From Vicugna vicugna (taxonomy: Eukaryota), in the NCBI GenBank assembly GCA_013265495.1, contig MU058781.1, positions 8,785,009-8,849,008 of the forward strand: DNA of 64,000 bases, given 5' to 3'. A program made the translations under genes and the position numbers. Of the stretch, positions 61,688-64,000 are shown piece after piece. How positions within the stretch are numbered: the first letter of the stretch is position 1; each line of letters starts with the position of its first letter. Under the pieces are notes generated by a model. That model was given only the letters and a program-made list of their open reading frames with translations, was not told where the DNA came from and ran no database searches.

Positions 61688-64000
61688 TTCAGTAAAGTCT
61701 GTACTTTGTATATATGGCAAGTAAAGTCTTTACCAAATTAGCTTAGCAGTCAGCTAATGATTGGACAGAGATTTCCTTAAATGCGTAGAACCAATAAATC
61801 TCTCAGTCTTTTCTGAGGAGTCCTATGTGCATATTGGAGCATGTCTTTAATGCTCAGATCACGTACAACTTCCATCTCTACCTTCACTTCCTGCTTGTGC
61901 AAAACCTCAGATTTAGCCGGAGATGAGAGCTAAGGGCCTTTTAGATGTTTACTGAACAGGTGCACGGCCTGGACAGGCACACGTCCCTCTGCATGCACAT
62001 GGCCTTCTAGATTCCCAGGAATATGTCAGTGTGTTTCAAAACCCCCCCTGGACATCATATCCCCTGGCTTTTCCTTTTAAGTTTTTTTGATTTGCTTATT
62101 ATTTGCTCTGTTATTCACAGCCCCAGGCAGGGGTGATGTTAAGCAGTTGCAGCTGATTATTTTTGACAAATGCCCCTGGGAAAAGGGCTTTTCTCACTGG
62201 GTGAGTGCCAGGTCAGGTTAAATAAGAAAGCCATGTGAGTGGAGTCTTCCATGGAATCACCACACAGGTCAAATAATAACAGTTTTTCTGGGAGTGGAAC
62301 TTTGAAGCAGCTCCAACCCTCTTCTGCCCCCTCCAGTGGCTGCGAGGCTGCTGGTTTTCACCCTGATTGAAGTTCGTTGGTTTTCAAGGCCGCCATAGAA
62401 CTGGGGAGTGGGACGTGAGAAAAGGACAGGTTTAAAATGCCACGTAACTCTCTCTCATTACCAAGATTGCTCCATTTTTCTTGAATAAACACTCCCTGGA
62501 TTGCTGCAAGCCTTTAGTTAATTTCCAGAGTTCTGAAAAAACCTGATTCTGACCATTTTTGTCACTGTCCTCATTGCTTTTCTGGAGGAGAGGATTTTCA
62601 GGGGTCTTCACTCTGCCATTCCTGCTGATGACAGTAAAGATTACTTATGCCTTAGAACAGGCTGCCTCTATTTCTGTCAGGCCATTAGTGCTTGGGGTTG
62701 TCTCAGTTTTCTTCTTTAATTTTTGTGTTCCCTGTCAAAGGTGCCATCAATCATTTATGGTTCCATCTGCCCTTGTAAAGCTTTTGAGAAGGCACTCATG
62801 TCTAGACTATTGACAGCAAAAGATCACTATTAATTGAATCTCTCAGTGGCCTGTAACAAACATCACCCTCATAGAAAGAGCCGAAATTTACAGATAAAAT
62901 GCATACCTCATTAGATGCTCATAGCTCTGGGCACCACACAAGAGATAATATGGCTTACATAGACTGAAACTTGCCTATGACCTTTAGTTGCTTCCCTCTC
63001 TTTTTTTAATGATTCTGTTTTTAAAAACCGTATCAAATATTATTTTGTTATTTATTTTCTAGTAGATAGTTCAGCTTCCACAGTCACTATTCTTGATGTT
63101 CTTTGAAAATCAATATTCTTGATTTTCTATTCTTGATGTTACTGTAGGTCTCTTTTCATGAAAATGCTTTGTTTTCTTGAAAGATGACGTCCCCATCACT
63201 ATGCCACGTTCCATTCTCTGCATAGATTTCCAGAAATCTTTGCACGTATATTGATTCAGCATTTGTTAATTAGAAAGATGTTTGCTGTTGATGCTGCTTT
63301 ACCAAACTAAGAAGATATCAAACTTACAATTAATAGGTATAAACTCTAAATTTTGCAGTTAAACACTGGAAAATATAATTTGGTAATTTGAGGATATGTA
63401 ATTCCGTGAATTAGAGTCGTTTTGAAATTTGCAGTACATCGTCTTACTGTCATGAGAACAGACACAGGTTTTAAAGTGCCTCAGTTTTATCAGCAACATT
63501 TTTGTTAGAATATCCTTAAGATGTTTTTGTTTATTATCCTTCTAACTGAATCGGACGTGACTGTACTGAAGTGTTCATAGAAGTAGAAGACCTAAGTCTG
63601 AATCATTTTGTCATTAATCTGAGACTATAGGGTTTTACTAAACCAAAAATGTAAGTTCTTTAAAAATAAAATAAAATGCTAACAACTTTACTGGCAACTG
63701 CTTCAATTTGGCAGTGCATCGCAGCTGCACTGCTCAGCTACTACAGAATCAGAAACCTAAAGGACATCCCACATACGATGTTGCAAAGGTTCAGCTTTGG
63801 ACTGGGTTTTGTGAAGTCAGCTTGAAACAGATTCAACCAGCCTGTGGCCCTTCAGATCCTACTACACTGAGGCAGGGTTTCTTACAGTTACTAGTAAGTC
63901 CATGGTGAAGGGAAAAGGCCAGTCCTCTGTTTCTGTTACGATGAAAGGTAGAAGTTTCCTTTCCCAGTCTTGCAATTTCAAAATTTGATTCCTTTATTAC

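Larger units (their letters stand above)
59771..62625 (-). mobile_element. Old L1M 5' region (5' UTR, ORF1, inter-ORF), interrupted by a SINE and an L1 3' end
   Basis: gaatatagaattcttagttga; cactttgaatatgtcattccactgccttctggcctc; tctgcctgctcaaatct; ccagagttctgaaaaa. Confidence 0.8.
50569..64000 (+). other. CDKAL1: CDKAL1 intron downstream of the exon (partial)
   Basis: Starts with gtaagg; the next exon (EMAKILNHPRVY...) was not seen before the window end. Confidence 0.85.

Noticed and set aside
1..64000. CRISPR array, operon or other prokaryote-type system
   Set aside because: No regularly spaced direct repeats and no gene-dense ORF architecture; the sequence is mammalian intron.

Overview
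AT-rich, CpG-depleted mammalian genomic DNA. It is almost certainly camelid (alpaca/llama/camel), judged from three tRNA-Ala(AGC)-headed SINEs of the vic-1 type. The window lies inside CDKAL1, the radical-SAM tRNA-Lys(UUU) ms2t6A methylthiotransferase. It contains one recognisable coding exon (50402-50568, +, 167 nt, [21 protein letters not shown]...[12 protein letters not shown]) and parts of two very long introns. Much of the rest is a layered record of transposable elements: old and lineage-specific L1, L2, an ancient CR1/L3 fragment, MIRs, MaLR/ERVL LTRs, hAT and Tigger MITEs, and SINEs. Several carry readable target-site duplications. A repeat-poor block of about 13.5 kb surrounds the exon. 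Nearly all other ORFs in the track are chance ORFs or repeat-derived. I found no well-supported new biological system. The best leads are speculative RNA-level and regulatory hypotheses: recursive-splice/poison-exon motifs, inverted SINE pairs near and across the exon, a sharp CpG-gain patch in a MIR, and young, possibly polymorphic insertions. Repeat subfamily names come from recalled consensus sequences. Repeat boundaries are approximate unless a TSD is quoted.
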